The notes below the pieces were generated by a model that worked only from the letters and a program-made list of their open reading frames with translations, was not told the origin of the DNA and did no database searches. From assembly GCF_006345805.1 (NCBI RefSeq), contig NC_043007.1, positions 45,074,001-45,138,000 of the forward strand: 64,000 nt of DNA, in the 5' to 3' direction. The stretch is from Octopus sinensis. Its lineage: Eukaryota. Position numbers and translations under genes: made by a program. Positions 38,218 through 52,724 of this stretch are shown piece by piece; positions within the stretch are counted from its first letter, which is position 1, and each line of letters begins with the position of its first letter.

Positions 38218-38456
38218 ACCTTCTTATACGCATGTAATAAAATTCTTTTGATTTTTTCAGATTTTTCTATATGCTAGGCTACTGGTTATAAATTGATGTT
38301 AATTAAATTAATATTCAATTTATCACCCGCATTATTTAAATTATATATATATATTTCGAGAAGTTAGAGTATTTAAAATTGTTTTACGCTGTATATTCTA
38401 CTCAGTTAGGTGGTGCTCCAGAATGGCCGCAAAGCAAAAGGAAAGAATAAATGAAT

Positions 38457-38561
38457 AAACGTAACAACTTTCTCATTTCCCGAGCGGTAAACTAATACAT
38501 CTCTTTGTTGTTTACACACCTGTCTTCGTATTTGGTTGTTTTTTTGTGTAAATTCTCTCCA
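38457..38561 (+). mobile_element. Penelope-like terminal remnant truncated within the hammerhead
   Basis: Starts AAACGTAAC..CCCGAGCG..TAATAC; homologous to the reverse complement of 52645-52735; ends in (TA)n. Confidence 0.55.
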
Positions 38562-38693
38562 TATTATATATATATTATTATATACTATATATATATATAA
38601 TAGATATATATATATATATATATTATATAGATATATATATTATATGTATGTATATATCTTATATACATATATATATAGAATATATATAGTATG

Positions 38694-38725
<32 letters not shown>

Positions 38726-38899
38726 ATATATAATATATTATGTATATATATATATATACTATATATAATATATTATAATATATATTATATATATATATAT
38801 ATAATATATCTAAATATATATATATATGTAGTATATATGTATATATAATAGTATATATACTCATATATACCTATATATATATATACTATAATATATATA

Positions 38900-38948
<49 letters not shown>

Positions 38949-38952
38949 TATA

Positions 38953-39157
38953 CACTCTTACTTCTGTTTCTGTTGTACCTGTATTCGAAGGGGCCGGCCT
39001 TGTCACTCTGTGTCACGCTGAATATCCCCGAGAACTACGTTAAGGGTGCACGTGCCTGTGGAGTGCTCAGCCACTTACACGTTAATTTCACGAGCAGGCT
39101 GTTCCGTTGATTCGGATCAACCGGAACCCTCATCGTCGTAACCGACGGAGTGCTTCC
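38953..39157 (+). mobile_element. 5'-truncated SINE, tail 2
   Basis: Near-identical to 32587-32792. Confidence 0.88.
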
Positions 39158-39185
39158 ATCCATATATATATATATATATATATAT

Positions 39186-39404
39186 TCTTTTTATTCTTTT
39201 CTTTTACTTGTTTCTGTTATTTGACTGTGGACATTCTGGAGCACCGCCTTTAGTCAAGCAAATCGATCCTGGGACTATATATACGACAGGCTTCTTTCAG
39301 TTTCCGTCTACCAAATCCAGTCACAAGGTTTAGTCGGTTCCAGGCTATAATAGAAGACACTTGCACAAAATGCCACGCAGCGGGACTGAACCCGGAACCA
39401 TGTG
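39186..39404 (-). mobile_element. SINE-S3, internally deleted
   Basis: Tail and head segments joined across a collapsed microsatellite. Confidence 0.8.
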
Positions 39405-40973
39405 CAAAACAATGACATTTTCATTTACTGCAATTAAATAACATGATAGAATTTAAAGAATTGAGTTTTTAAATACCGTAGATTTAGCTTCTTTTTTTTA
39501 ATACATTAATTCTCTGCAGAGATATGCACGTACGTACATAATACATTCATGCATTCGCGTGCGCGAACCCCCCCCACACACACACATTATCAGCGGGAAA
39601 GTTAAAGCAGTGAGTCATGAGGCGAGAATTTCATAACTTAAATGCATAGGATTCTTTTTTAATGATTAAATATTAAATATTGTATTTCACTATGTATTAT
39701 TATGTATTATCATGCAAGTGTATTATATATCATAAACAAGCTCTTGATTTTTAAGTTGGCTTGACAATCGTCATGCACAAAACTTATATCACAACAGTCT
39801 CCCTTTTGTAATCTTTCTGCCGCGTGAATATAAATATACTCATGTACTGAGTTCTTTTTTTTTTCTTGTGTGTTCCGTCAAACTTTATATATTATGTACG
39901 AATGTATGTTTGTATTGTGTTTGTATATAGATATATACACACATATACATGTCTGTTTGTATATAATTAGATGTTATGTAGATACTATCTATCTATCTAT
40001 CCATCTTATTTGTTACTTTACTTGGTTCTGCATTAAGAGTTTTTACATAACATCGAACACATAGGAACTGGATATATAGCAATGTTTAACGCCACCCGAA
40101 GGACATTTAAAAATACACACAAAAAACTCCCGAACACATACAAATATATTAATAAACATGAAAGTTTCAAGTAAATAATTACAAAAAAAAGAAAATGAAA
40201 ATAAAAATAAAAACAAAGAAATTTGTTTTTCTTTTCCTTCAGCAAAACCATCAATACAAGTTGTTATTGTTGAGATTATGAGATTATTCATAGTAACAGT
40301 GTCTATTGTACATGATAAATGACCGGCATCGAGGGACAGTTTTTCTTACTAATAAAAAGAACACGGTGTTATGTGTAACGTAGATGTCATGGTGAGTTCT
40401 CTAGACACAACTTTTCAATAGATGCTAGCAGACAAACGTTCATTTTGAAGGGTGGCGGTGGGATAAGAATATAAAAAAAGGACAAAAAATAAAGAAATAA
40501 ACATAAAACAAATATAAAGCAATGATAGAATGATAATACAATAACAACTCTAAAAGATTCTAACAAGGAAAGAAAACAAAACAGAATTAGCAGAGCATTG
40601 GCTAAAACCAGCAGGCGCAATATCTTTCATTTGCATTCTAAGTTCAAATCCTGTCGATTCCACCCTTACATTTTATCGTTTTGGCGTTGATATAAAACAA
40701 ACAAAACCGAAAGTCAGTTGAGAGCGATGAATTGACGGATCTGTAACAATATTAGACCGGATGTCTTCTCGTATACGCTCCAGGTCTGTGTATTCTGAGT
40801 TCAAATCCTGTCGACTTTAACCTTGTGTTTAATTAGAAAAAAATTAAAAAATCGAAAAACAATCGAGAACGGTGGAATGTCGGAATTGTAACAATACTAA
40901 ATCAGATATCTTTCAGTATTTCTTCCGGTTCAGTGCTTTCTGAGATCAGCTCCTGCCGCAGCCCATGTAGATT

Positions 40974-41173
40974 GTGTCTTAGTGTCTGTCCATTTCACTA
41001 CCACTTGACAATCTGTGCTGGTGTGTTTACGTCCCCGTATTTTAGTGGTTCGGCAATCGAGACCGATGAAATAAGCGCCAGGCCTTAAGAAAAAAAAGTC
41101 GATAATTTTGACTGAAAATCCTTTAAGGCGCTGCTCCGGGATGGCCATAGTCTAATGACTGAAACAAGTAAAA
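40974..41173 (+). mobile_element. SINE-S3 3' half
   Basis: GTGTTTACGTCCCCGTA..GACTGAAACAAGTAAAA. Confidence 0.75.
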
Positions 41174-43395
41174 AATGATAATGACGCACACACATATACA
41201 CGTACTCTCACATACTCGCACACAACAGTCACACACACACATAGATGCAAGCATATGTACGCTCATACACGTATGTGAATGTGAATCTATGTATTATATA
41301 TAACCCACAGAAACACTCATATAAACTTTTGTTTGGTAAACAGCCATTTAAACTTTCAATTATGTTTATGTTGAGACTATTAACTTGATAATCATGAACG
41401 AAAAATATATTCTGTCTAGAAATAAGATATCTAATGACTCCCAAAGATGAGACTGATTGAAATATAATTGAGATATAAATATTATGACAAGAGACTTATC
41501 TCTACCAATGAGGTTAATGACTCCAGAAATTCATAATTAATAATGTAAAAAAACAACAACAAAAAAAACCTCTCGTTTAGATGTTTCTCACATTTTTTTT
41601 ATAATATGGTTAATATCCTATAATCCAAACAGACTTTTAAATCCTCATCTTTTTTCCTTTAGTTGAAACTGCATGAATTTCACAATTTACAAGATTTATT
41701 TTCGTGGTTCAACAAAACCATTTTATTTAATTGTAGTCGATATTGAATATGACAACGTTTAATCTAACAGTAAAAAGAAAAAAGTGAGTAACACAAGAAA
41801 TGAGGCATGGAAATAAAGATTTGCTATTCCTCTGTTCTCATGCAGAGGAATTATCATGGAAAATGGAGAGAGAGGGAGAGAGAGAGAGAGAGAGAGGCGA
41901 GAGAGAGAGGAGAGAGAGAGGAGGAGAGAGGCGAGAGGAGGAGAGAGAGAGAGAGAGAGACGATTTGGAGAGAGAGAGAGGGATGAGAGGAGAGAGGAGG
42001 AGAGAGAGAGAGAGAGAGAGAAAGCGAATCATTTATTCCGTGAGAAAATTGTATTGAAACGCTTCCGATAAAACATTTTGTACTACTTACTCACATTGGA
42101 GATATCAATACGAAAGAAAGACTAAGATAGGAATAGATATGCGATGTATATGTATATGTATACATTACATACATATTACATATATATAGTATATATATAT
42201 ATATATGCGTATACACACACCACACATTATATATATATTATATATACACATATGTATAATATATACATATTTATATATATGTATATACTATATATATATA
42301 TATATATTATATATATATATATGTATGCAACATACACACATATATATATTATATATACATATATACACTCGCATACACGTATATACATGAATTTCTACCT
42401 ATCAAGCTATTTGTCTATCTATATATACATATACATAGTACGTACTTACACATTCATGTATTTATCCGTATAAATACGTATGCACACACATTACAAGTTT
42501 ACATGTGTGTATGAATGTAAGCATAAAATAGGTACACGTACACACACTCACACACACACATATAAATATAATGAAATGTAAAGAACGGCAAAAAACAAAA
42601 ACAAAAAAAAGAAACAGAAAGGAAAGAAAAAATTTCCGATAATTGCATAGTGAAGAATCTGTATATGAAAGAAATCGGAGCGATTAATACTTTTATTGAA
42701 CTGCAGACTTTTAGCGATATTTATAGAGAAAATAAAGATCTTGTCTACGAATTAATTGATAGTTGTTTCAAACACGTGCTAGTCTTTGAATTTGGCAAAC
42801 TAGGAATGTATTAATCACGTCCAAAAAAAAATGCTGTACAAGCATGATCTTTCGCTCTTGATCAGGTCCGTATTTAATTCTCTCAATTCCTATTCTCTAC
42901 ATAACCTGCGCTACTTTCATCCCCATCTCTGCTCTTTTAATATCTATGTACTTCTCAATCCATCTCCGCAATGTCTGGTTTATTTATTTATTTACTTATA
43001 TTTCTTTCCTTTCTTTACAAGTATAAGATATTTCTGCTTGAATTTCTCCCTACAAAATTTCTCGGTTACACAGATAAACTTTGCTTTTGTTCTCACCTTC
43101 TTTAATGTTCTTTATGTTATGGTATTTACAAATCAACGCAACATTGACGACCCGTTGTTGAGTTTGTAAAAGTCTATTCCGACATCGATCAATATTTACA
43201 TATAATTGACGGATTTTTGGAAAAGAGAGAAAGCAGAATATATAAACAGATATATTATATATTAATATGTATATTATATATACAACCATTAATACAATCG
43301 CACATGTTTTAGCACCAAACTACTCATACGGAAACGCCAAACCCATTGAAAATTGCACCAAAATATAAAACGAGACTGAGGAAGTAACGAGAGAG

Positions 43396-43428
<33 letters not shown>

Positions 43429-43625
43429 AAGAGAGAAAGAAGGAGAAATGGAGTGAGAGAAGAGAGAGAAGAGAGATTGAGAGAGGGAGAAAGAGGGAGA
43501 GAGAGAAAGAGAGAAAAAGACAGTCAGAGGGAGAGAGAAAGATGCGATCATAGGTTATCTTTATAACATATATCATACATACAAGCACGTGCGTGCGCAC
43601 ACACACGCACCACGCACACACATAC

Positions 43626-43725
43626 NNNNNNNNNNNNNNNNNNNNNNNNNNNNNNNNNNNNNNNNNNNNNNNNNNNNNNNNNNNNNNNNNNNNNNNNNNN
43701 NNNNNNNNNNNNNNNNNNNNNNNNN
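43626..43725. other. assembly gap (100 N)
   Basis: Directly visible. Confidence 1.
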
Positions 43726-44248
43726 CCGTATTTAATTCTCTCAATTCCTATTCTCTACATAACCTGCGCTACTTTCATCCCCATCTCTGCTCTTTTAATA
43801 TCTATGTACTTCTCAATCCATCTCCGCAATGTCTGGTTTATTTATTTATTTACTTATATTTCTTTCCTTTCTTTACAAGTATAAGATATTTCTGCTTGAA
43901 TTTCTCCCTACAAAATTTCTCGGTTACACAGATAAACTTTGCTTTTTGTTCTCACCTTCTTTAATGTTCTTTTATGTATGGTTATTTACAAATCAACGCA
44001 ACATTTGACCGACCCGTTGTTGAGTTTGTAAAAGTCTATTCCGACATCGATCAATATTTACATATAATTGACGGTATTTTTGGAAAGAGAGAAAGCAGAA
44101 TATATACACAGATATATTATATATTAATATGTATATTATATATACAACCATTAATACAATCGCACATGTTTTAGCACCAACCTACTCATACGGAAACGCC
44201 AAACCCATTGAAATTGCACCATAAATATAAAACGAGACTGAGGAAGTA

Positions 44249-44294
<46 letters not shown>

Positions 44295-44669
44295 GAGAGA
44301 AAGAGAGAGAAGATTGAGAGAGAGGAAGAATGAGAGAGAGAGAAAGAGAGAAAAAGACAGTCAGAGGGAGAGAGAAAGATGCATAGGTTATCTTTATACA
44401 TATATACATACATACAAGCACGTGCGTGCGCACACACACGCACTCACGCACACACATACAGACATACACACACACACACACACACGCCCAAATGCATGCA
44501 CATATGCATATATCTTTTATCTTATACTTGTTTCAGTCATCAGATTTGGAGGGTGTAGTCGAGTTAACCGAACCAAGTACTTACCTTTTCTAAACCTAGC
44601 AGTTATTTTATTGGTCTCTTTTTGCCGAAGCACTGAGTTTCAGGGACGTAAACAAACGAACATCATTTG

Positions 44670-45311
44670 TCAAGTGGTGATGGCGGACAAACACAAAAGC
44701 ACTCCCCCCCCCACACACACAGACACGTGTTCTTTTTAAGTTGTGTACGTTTTACTTGACTTTCGTTGAATACTTCAGTTATACTTCGTAGGTATTTATT
44801 TCTATTGCATTGAACCACGAAATAAGCGTCAGATTTCATCATCGATGTTGGTATCTTGCTTTCTAGCTTTTCTTACTCTCTCTTTTACTCTTTTACTTGT
44901 TTCGAGCAAATCGACCCCAGGACTTATCCTTTGTAATCCTAGTAATTATTCTATCAGTCTCTTGATATAAGCTTAAATAATAAACCGACAGAATAAGTAC
45001 TAGGCTTACAAAGAATAAGTCCTGGGGTCGATTTGCTCGACTAAAGGCGGTGCTCCAGCATGGCCACAGTCAAATTACTGAAACAAGTAAAAGAGTAAAA
45101 GAGAGAGTAAGAAAAGCTAGAAAGCAAGATACCAACATCGATGATGAAATCTGACGCTTATTTCGTGGTTCAATGCAATAGAAATAAATACCTACGAAGT
45201 ATAACTGAAGTATTCAACGAAAGTCAAATAAAACGTACACGACTTAAAAAGCACACGTGTGTGTGTGTGTGTGGGGGAGTGCTTTTGTGTTTGTCCGCCA
45301 TCACCGCTTGA
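44670..45311. repeat. ~300-bp-arm inverted duplication
   Basis: 44670-44960 is the reverse complement of 44984-45311, apart from a ~40-bp deletion in the left arm. Confidence 0.93.
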
Positions 45312-45448
45312 TATTTACCTTTAGAAGATGTAAAAAAATGTTGTCAAGAGAGAATCGAACCCAGTACCTCACAGCAAACGGTTGAATGTGCTGTGCAACT
45401 AAGTCAAGCGGTTCCGGGCAAATTTTTACCGTCTTCTAAGGGTAAATA
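45312..45448. mobile_element. 137-bp element with 26-bp TIRs enclosing a tRNA-like A/B box cassette
   Basis: TATTTACC(T/C)TTAGAAGA(T/C)G.TAAAAA inverted termini; minus strand TGACTTAGTTG..GGTTCGATTC. Confidence 0.65.
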
Positions 45449-46174
45449 CCTAATGTTTCTCGGCTGTTTTTACAACTATACTGCCGGCATTCTAAGTTTA
45501 CTTTCTTGTCACGGCTTTTCTAATGTTTGTTTATAATATTTATATATACACACACATAAGAAAATGACAATCAGAGAAAACCAAAAAATGTAATTGAAGT
45601 TATAGCCGAGAAGAGCGAAAGGCAGAGTGCGAAAGATGAAGTAAACAGGAGAAGCGTTCCGGGCAGTCTGCCAGTCTGCCTGCACTGTCTTCCTTTGTTT
45701 TCCTTTCAAATAAATAAAAAAGATATTGTTATCAATGGCGTCTAGTTTTACAGAAGTAAATAAGATATATGTCGTCTGATTCAATGAAAGAAAATATGTT
45801 TTAATAAATAAATATTAGCAACTACCCCTTCATATATTATTATTTTCATAAACAGATATACACACATATTCAATAGATACAAATACATTCCATATATTTA
45901 TTATTTTCTTTTTGTTTTGATTTACATTTTGCGTGTTGAAGTTGCTGCCACAATTGTTGCCATTGTTGTTTTATATTGAGACCATATATCTCTTCCGCTT
46001 TCTGATATTCTTTGCTTCCTTCTCTTTTCATGAAAGTTGTTGTCTTTTCAGTCGACTCGTTTCAAAAATGAATGATTGGAAATGATTTCGTGGGTTAAAA
46101 TAATCGAGAAAACAATATGATATGATACACGTACATACACACACATTTGTATATAATTAGATATTACGTGGATA

Positions 46175-46279
<105 letters not shown>

Positions 46280-46285
46280 ATCATC

Positions 46286-46340
<55 letters not shown>

Positions 46341-46359
46341 CATCTATCCATCTATCTAT

Positions 46360-46392
<33 letters not shown>

Positions 46393-46470
46393 ATAACTAT
46401 CTATCTATCTAACTATCTCTCTCTCTCTCTCTCTCTAACTATGTATGTATGTATGTATATGTCTATCTAT

Positions 46471-46524
<54 letters not shown>

Positions 46525-46554
46525 CTTTATATATGTTATATATATTCACATATA

Positions 46555-46585
<31 letters not shown>

Positions 46586-46766
46586 GTATATATGTATATA
46601 TAATAACTATATATAATATGTATAGCACACGTACATATATACACACACATGTCTGTATATATCTCTCTATATAAATATAAATATAAATATGTAATACTAA
46701 GAGGCAGGAATATCACATATTCACATACATACAAAGATATCTATATCAATTACAGTTATTTCGATA

Positions 46767-46811
<45 letters not shown>

Positions 46812-47985
46812 ATGTATATATATATATATATTATATATATATATATAATATATAATATATAATATATATATATATACATTCATACATACATATATACATA
46901 TAGAAACATACATAAGTAAATACATAAATATACATATGTATATACATACACCACACACACACACGCACACATATATATATATATACATATATATGATACA
47001 CACACACTCACGCATACTTAGATAATTATAATTGTATTGAATTATATACTCGTTCGGTTTTCACTTTATGATCATCTCCCAGGCTATTAATTTTTTTACA
47101 TTTTCTAAAAAAGTGGGGAAAAATGACAGTTGAAATATAATCTAATGAAAATAGATGATGAATTCTTAAGAGATATGAGTTAACTAAATAATGTTGCATA
47201 ATAAGCTATGAGTGACGAATTATGCCGATTCTGGCAATAAAATGTTGCTTAGTAATAGAATAATGCAACTTGGCAGATTTGCTTTTCAAGAGCATCCATA
47301 GGAGGTAAAATTTATTTAGTAATTTAACAAAGACGGGAAAAGTGTACCAGTGTGACGTTTTGGGTACAGGTTTAGGAACGTGTGCGACTTTTAGATTGGA
47401 TTTAAGGGTCTATATCATCGCTCAGAACAGAGATTCTAAACGGCTCCTTACACAGTTTGAGTTATACAAAAGTATGTGCTGCGGCTGGTGAAAGATGCAT
47501 AATTTAATATGATTAATCCTATTTCCCGTCTGTCATTAGCGCTCTGAATCATTGTGTTATCTCATGTCAAATATTGTCATTGATGTGTATTCATTTCGTA
47601 ATGAAGAACCTGAAATTTTGATTATGAAATTACATATTGGCTTTTTTCTGCCTATTTATAAATGAAGTTTAGCTCATTTTGGAGTGTGACAGTATATTTT
47701 GGAGTTTGGCTTGCTATTGATTTTTTTTGTCGTCGGCTGTTGCTAAAGGTCAGAAAACCTTTGGCAAGAAGGTTTACACAAATCCACCAGAAACAACACA
47801 GAAGCCAATTAAATTCAATTCAATTCTTGAAACTGAGACTATGAAGTTCTAGAAATATTAAATATGCATATAAGAACTCTGTTATTCCAAATCAAATGTA
47901 AAAAAAACTAATAATAAATTGTAAAAAACTAAAATATAAAAGATAAAACTTGAACACAGTGGTATATCTAATGAATTAATGAATC

Positions 47986-48097
<112 letters not shown>

Positions 48098-48258
48098 GTC
48101 TATCTGTATGTGTGTATGTGAGTATATATATATATGTATATATATGTATGTATATATACGCATATATATGAGTATATATATATATATACACAGAGGCATA
48201 TATATATATATATGCATATGAATATGCTTACAAATATTTACTTATACAAACATATACC

Positions 48259-48293
<35 letters not shown>

Positions 48294-48750
48294 CATACAT
48301 ACATACATAAACACACATACAGAAAAAGATCTAAAAGTCTCCGCGTATGAATGGTAAGATTAGCTGGTCATATGGAAGTGACACTAGGAAATATATTTGT
48401 TTATTCACTGACTAAATGTAACTTACATTCTGACACTGACTATATCTGACAAAAGCACAAATGGGTCCTTGTTTGATAATTGAAATTGGAAGTTGCCTTG
48501 TCTAGCTGTCTATCTTATTGTTTGCCTGGCTGGCTGGCCACTTTTGTCTTCTAATATCTATCTGTATGAATAATTTTATCTTTTCGGATTCTTTGCATTT
48601 GTATATAAGTTTGATTTGTATATAATATACATACATACATACAAACATACATACATACATACATACATACACACACAAACACACACACGTATCCCTGTAT
48701 ATATTTATATATGTATAATATAACACAGACACACATATACATATACACAT

Positions 48751-48835
<85 letters not shown>

Positions 48836-48859
48836 CATACATACATATATATATATATA

Positions 48860-49039
48860 GTTAATCCAAACAAGAAAACACGAAAAAGACGCGAGGACGT
48901 GGAACAAATATAGTATTATTGGACGCTCAGGAAAGAAGGGAAGAAGGAGGGTTTAATGTTTCGAGCGGAGCTCTTCGTCGGAAACACAGGAGAAGGAAAG
49001 ATCCAGAGAAGGGAAGACAGAGGAAAAGAAATCGCCAAC

Positions 49040-49073
<34 letters not shown>

Positions 49074-49125
49074 GTTGGCGATTTCTTTTGCTCTGTTTTC
49101 CCTTCTCTGGATCTTCCTTCCCTTC

Positions 49126-49130
<5 letters not shown>
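48860..49130 (-). mobile_element. Penelope-like terminal unit in (TA)n with inverted 5' segment
   Basis: Flanked by (TA)n; 48986-49041 is inverted at 49072-49130; 37690-37762 is a shorter copy of the 3' end. Confidence 0.7.
48951..48985 (-). ncRNA. minimal type I hammerhead-like motif (core CCGACGA)
   Basis: GTTT-CCGACGA-A-GAGC-TCC-GCTC-GAAAC-ATT-AAAC: stem I GTTT/AAAC, stem II GAGC/GCTC. Confidence 0.65.
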
Positions 49131-49156
<26 letters not shown>

Positions 49157-50106
49157 GCATACATGTTACATACACAGACATATACATACCTATATCAGTG
49201 TGTGTTTGTGTGTATGATTGCACACGCTTATATGGGAATGAGTAGAGTGAAATTGCTGAGAAGTGTCAGGTATCTAACGTTTTGAACAAAGTCCATTCTT
49301 CATAGTAAAAACGATAGGAAGGAAGTAGAAAGAAGCAGGGTTTTACACCCACTATATTCGCGAAGCTGCCTGCATATGATGGGGACCGCAGGACAACGTG
49401 AACTTCACACGTAGACAAGAAAATGTAATAGAGAGTGAAACAACGAAAGAGCAATAAAAAGAATAGAAGCAGAAACGGTTGAGGTAAACAAAAAATGGAG
49501 GCGAGAGAGTGTTGAAGTATAAAAATAGGATTCCTGAACTAATATGGGGTATAAAGCAAAACAAAAATATTAATTTAAACTTGTCGGTAACTTGGTTCAC
49601 GTTTGGATGTGAAACCTTGTTCTATCCATTTCTCTGAGTGACTACATTTATGATGTGCGAAGATGTTGCACCCTTATAAATGGATAATGGAATGGTCTTC
49701 CGTAGTAGTTTGCTTCGAATACGTTTCCAAAAGTTATTGGCAAGGCGATTACCCGTTTCCTCCATATAAAAAGTGCTGCTAAGTTTGCAAATGATGCAAA
49801 ATATGAGGTTGGAAAATATGCAAGAGAAGCTTTGGGAAAATGAGGTACCGTAACTTAAATCAAATGGCGGTTGAATTGTTATTAATGCAGTATTGCATTG
49901 TTGATGTGCATTCGAAGAAAAGTTCTACAAATATCAGGCCAACCTGTCACTACACAGTTAAACAGAACGGTCCATTGAGTTACCAATTAATCAGTGTGTG
50001 GCATCCAAGAAACGCAGAGGAAAACGTTTAATATTCAAATTCAGAATCAACCATGTTACCGACAGGTTTCAATGTACGCATGCGCATGCTAGTGCGTTAG
50101 GTCGTG

Positions 50107-50162
<56 letters not shown>

Positions 50163-51600
50163 CGTGTGTGTGTTAGTGTGTGCATATGGTATAGGTATCA
50201 AGAAGAACGATTTCAGAGCGAGACTATATAAAGGATAAAGAACATGAAAAGAAAAAAATAAGCCATAAAAGAAGCAAGCCGGGGAGAAATGCAAAAGATA
50301 AAAAAAAGAGGTGAAAATGTGATTGTGTGAGTGAGCGAGTGAGAGAGAGAGAGAAAGAGAGAGATACAGAGAGAGAGAGAGTGAGAGAGAGAGTGAGAGA
50401 GAGAGAGAAAGAGAGACAGAGACTTATAGACTGGTAGGAATAGGATGAATGCCCAAGTGTTCTTTCAGGAAATCTCTTTCCATTCATTTTTCTCCAGTAG
50501 ACACCGAATTGTTGAAGGCGAAACTTAACATTAACCGATTTAATTACTCCTGCTGCTAGAGCTCTTGTGACTCCCTTGTAAACATAGTTGAACACTATGT
50601 GAACGAAAGTCAAGGAACCAATGAATATATTTAAATAATTCTGTTGGTACTTTCCCACTGCTGTCATTTTTATGTCCTTTTCTTTCAGATATATTATATC
50701 AAGATTATATATATAATATGGCTTCCATTTTAAAGCGGTAGAATGTTACTTGGGGGAGATTTGGTTGCTATTTCTAACAGATCGAACAACCACATGCAGG
50801 CTTACACAGAGGATGATTGTTACCTATCCTCAGATTAGCTCTGAACAAGCAGACGTATAATTAAAGGCGCTCTGTTCGTGACCATCGCATGTTCTATTCA
50901 GGCAAATGTATTTACAACAACATTATCCAAAGTGTCATTCCTTTTTGAAGACGGCAGTATGTGATTTCAGAGATTTAGCTGCTAATTATAATATATCGAT
51001 AGTCAGCTTAGAGATTTATTTATTCAATGACTGGTGGTTCTGTCTGTTCGCCTAGAAAGTCTTAAAATGTTTATATATAATTACACTTTCTCATTAAGTT
51101 TAAAATAGTTACGTTCAACTGTCGCAAGGGACGTCTTTGCAAAAGCAGAAAATCAAACAAACAAATAATAACAATAAAAATAAAAGAATTACAAACAAAC
51201 AATAGCAAGTAAATAAATAAATAAATAAATAAATAAACGAATACGAAAAAGTCAGTGGTAATTACTATTGGAGGGGTACACAAGGAAATGGTTGGACGAC
51301 ATTTTGAAAGTAAATATTTTTATGTCTACGATGCCAAGTTGAAATTATTCTTGCTAGTTTAGTTAGTATTTTCTTGTTTGAGAGCTTCTCCGAGATTTTA
51401 GGAATGGTAATTCACCACGTTGAGACACACACACATGTACCTCGATAGACATACACCCAATAATTCTTAATTCTAGTCTCATTAGCGGAATTGAAGAAAA
51501 AATATTTGTGGAATTATATGTCCAGTATGACTTTTTGACAGGCCATCCAAATAATTTGGGAAGGAATGGGTATTTTAGTTTACATACAGGCTAATATCTG

Positions 51601-51640
<40 letters not shown>

Positions 51641-51776
51641 GGCATTATATATATATACATGTACATACATATATAGATATCTATATATACATATACAAAT
51701 ATAAATATGTATATATAGATATATACGCACATGTATATATATACACATATATATGTATATAATATATATATCTGTG

Positions 51777-51808
<32 letters not shown>

Positions 51809-52193
51809 TATAAAAACTGTATATGAACAACGTACATACGGATGTATAATTAGGGTAGATTGTTTAACGTATTCATTTATTCTTCTATTAGTTTCAGCTG
51901 TCAGAATGCGGCCATGCTGAGACAGCGATTCCAAGGGTTTTGTTGATTATATCAAACCCAATAATCATTTCGGTCTATTACTTATTTTATAATAATCGTC
52001 GAACCGCTAAATTACGGGACATGAGTAACAAAATATGTTTTGAGATGTTATCACACACATGCGAGCGCAAATCACAGACACACATTCATACAGACACATA
52101 AATATTAATATATATCTATTTCTCTCGATCTGTCTATCAGCCTGTCTCTCCTTCTATTCATTCACCTATCTGTCTGTCTGTCAGTCTGTTTGT

Positions 52194-52259
<66 letters not shown>

Positions 52260-52605
52260 CTCTATCTCTCTATCTATCAACCAACATCTCTCACTGTATA
52301 CACGCACATGCATGCACACACACACACACACATACACACACACACACACACACGCACACACATACACACACACATATATATATATACACGTATGTATGTT
52401 TGAAGAACGAGAGAGTGATAAACAGAAAGACAGATAAACAGGTAGAGAGACAGACGTGAAATCTCTCTGACGGATCTGTGGTAATCTTTTTTGAAAATCT
52501 CTTTCAATCTAAGTTATCATTTTATCATTCTTAATTTTTCATTATATATGTGTGTGTGTGTGTGCCTAAATTTATACAGACACACACACACACACACACA
52601 CACAC

Positions 52606-52644
<39 letters not shown>

Positions 52645-52724
52645 GACAGAAAACAAAAGACAAAGGCAGGTGAGGGAACAACAAGCAGTTGTATTATGTT
52701 GACGCCCGAGATGAATGGAAAGAT

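Noticed and set aside
50224-50667. 147-aa minus-strand ORF with a non-repetitive N-terminal half
   Set aside because: No recognisable motif or clear splice sites; the C-terminal half is (TC)n
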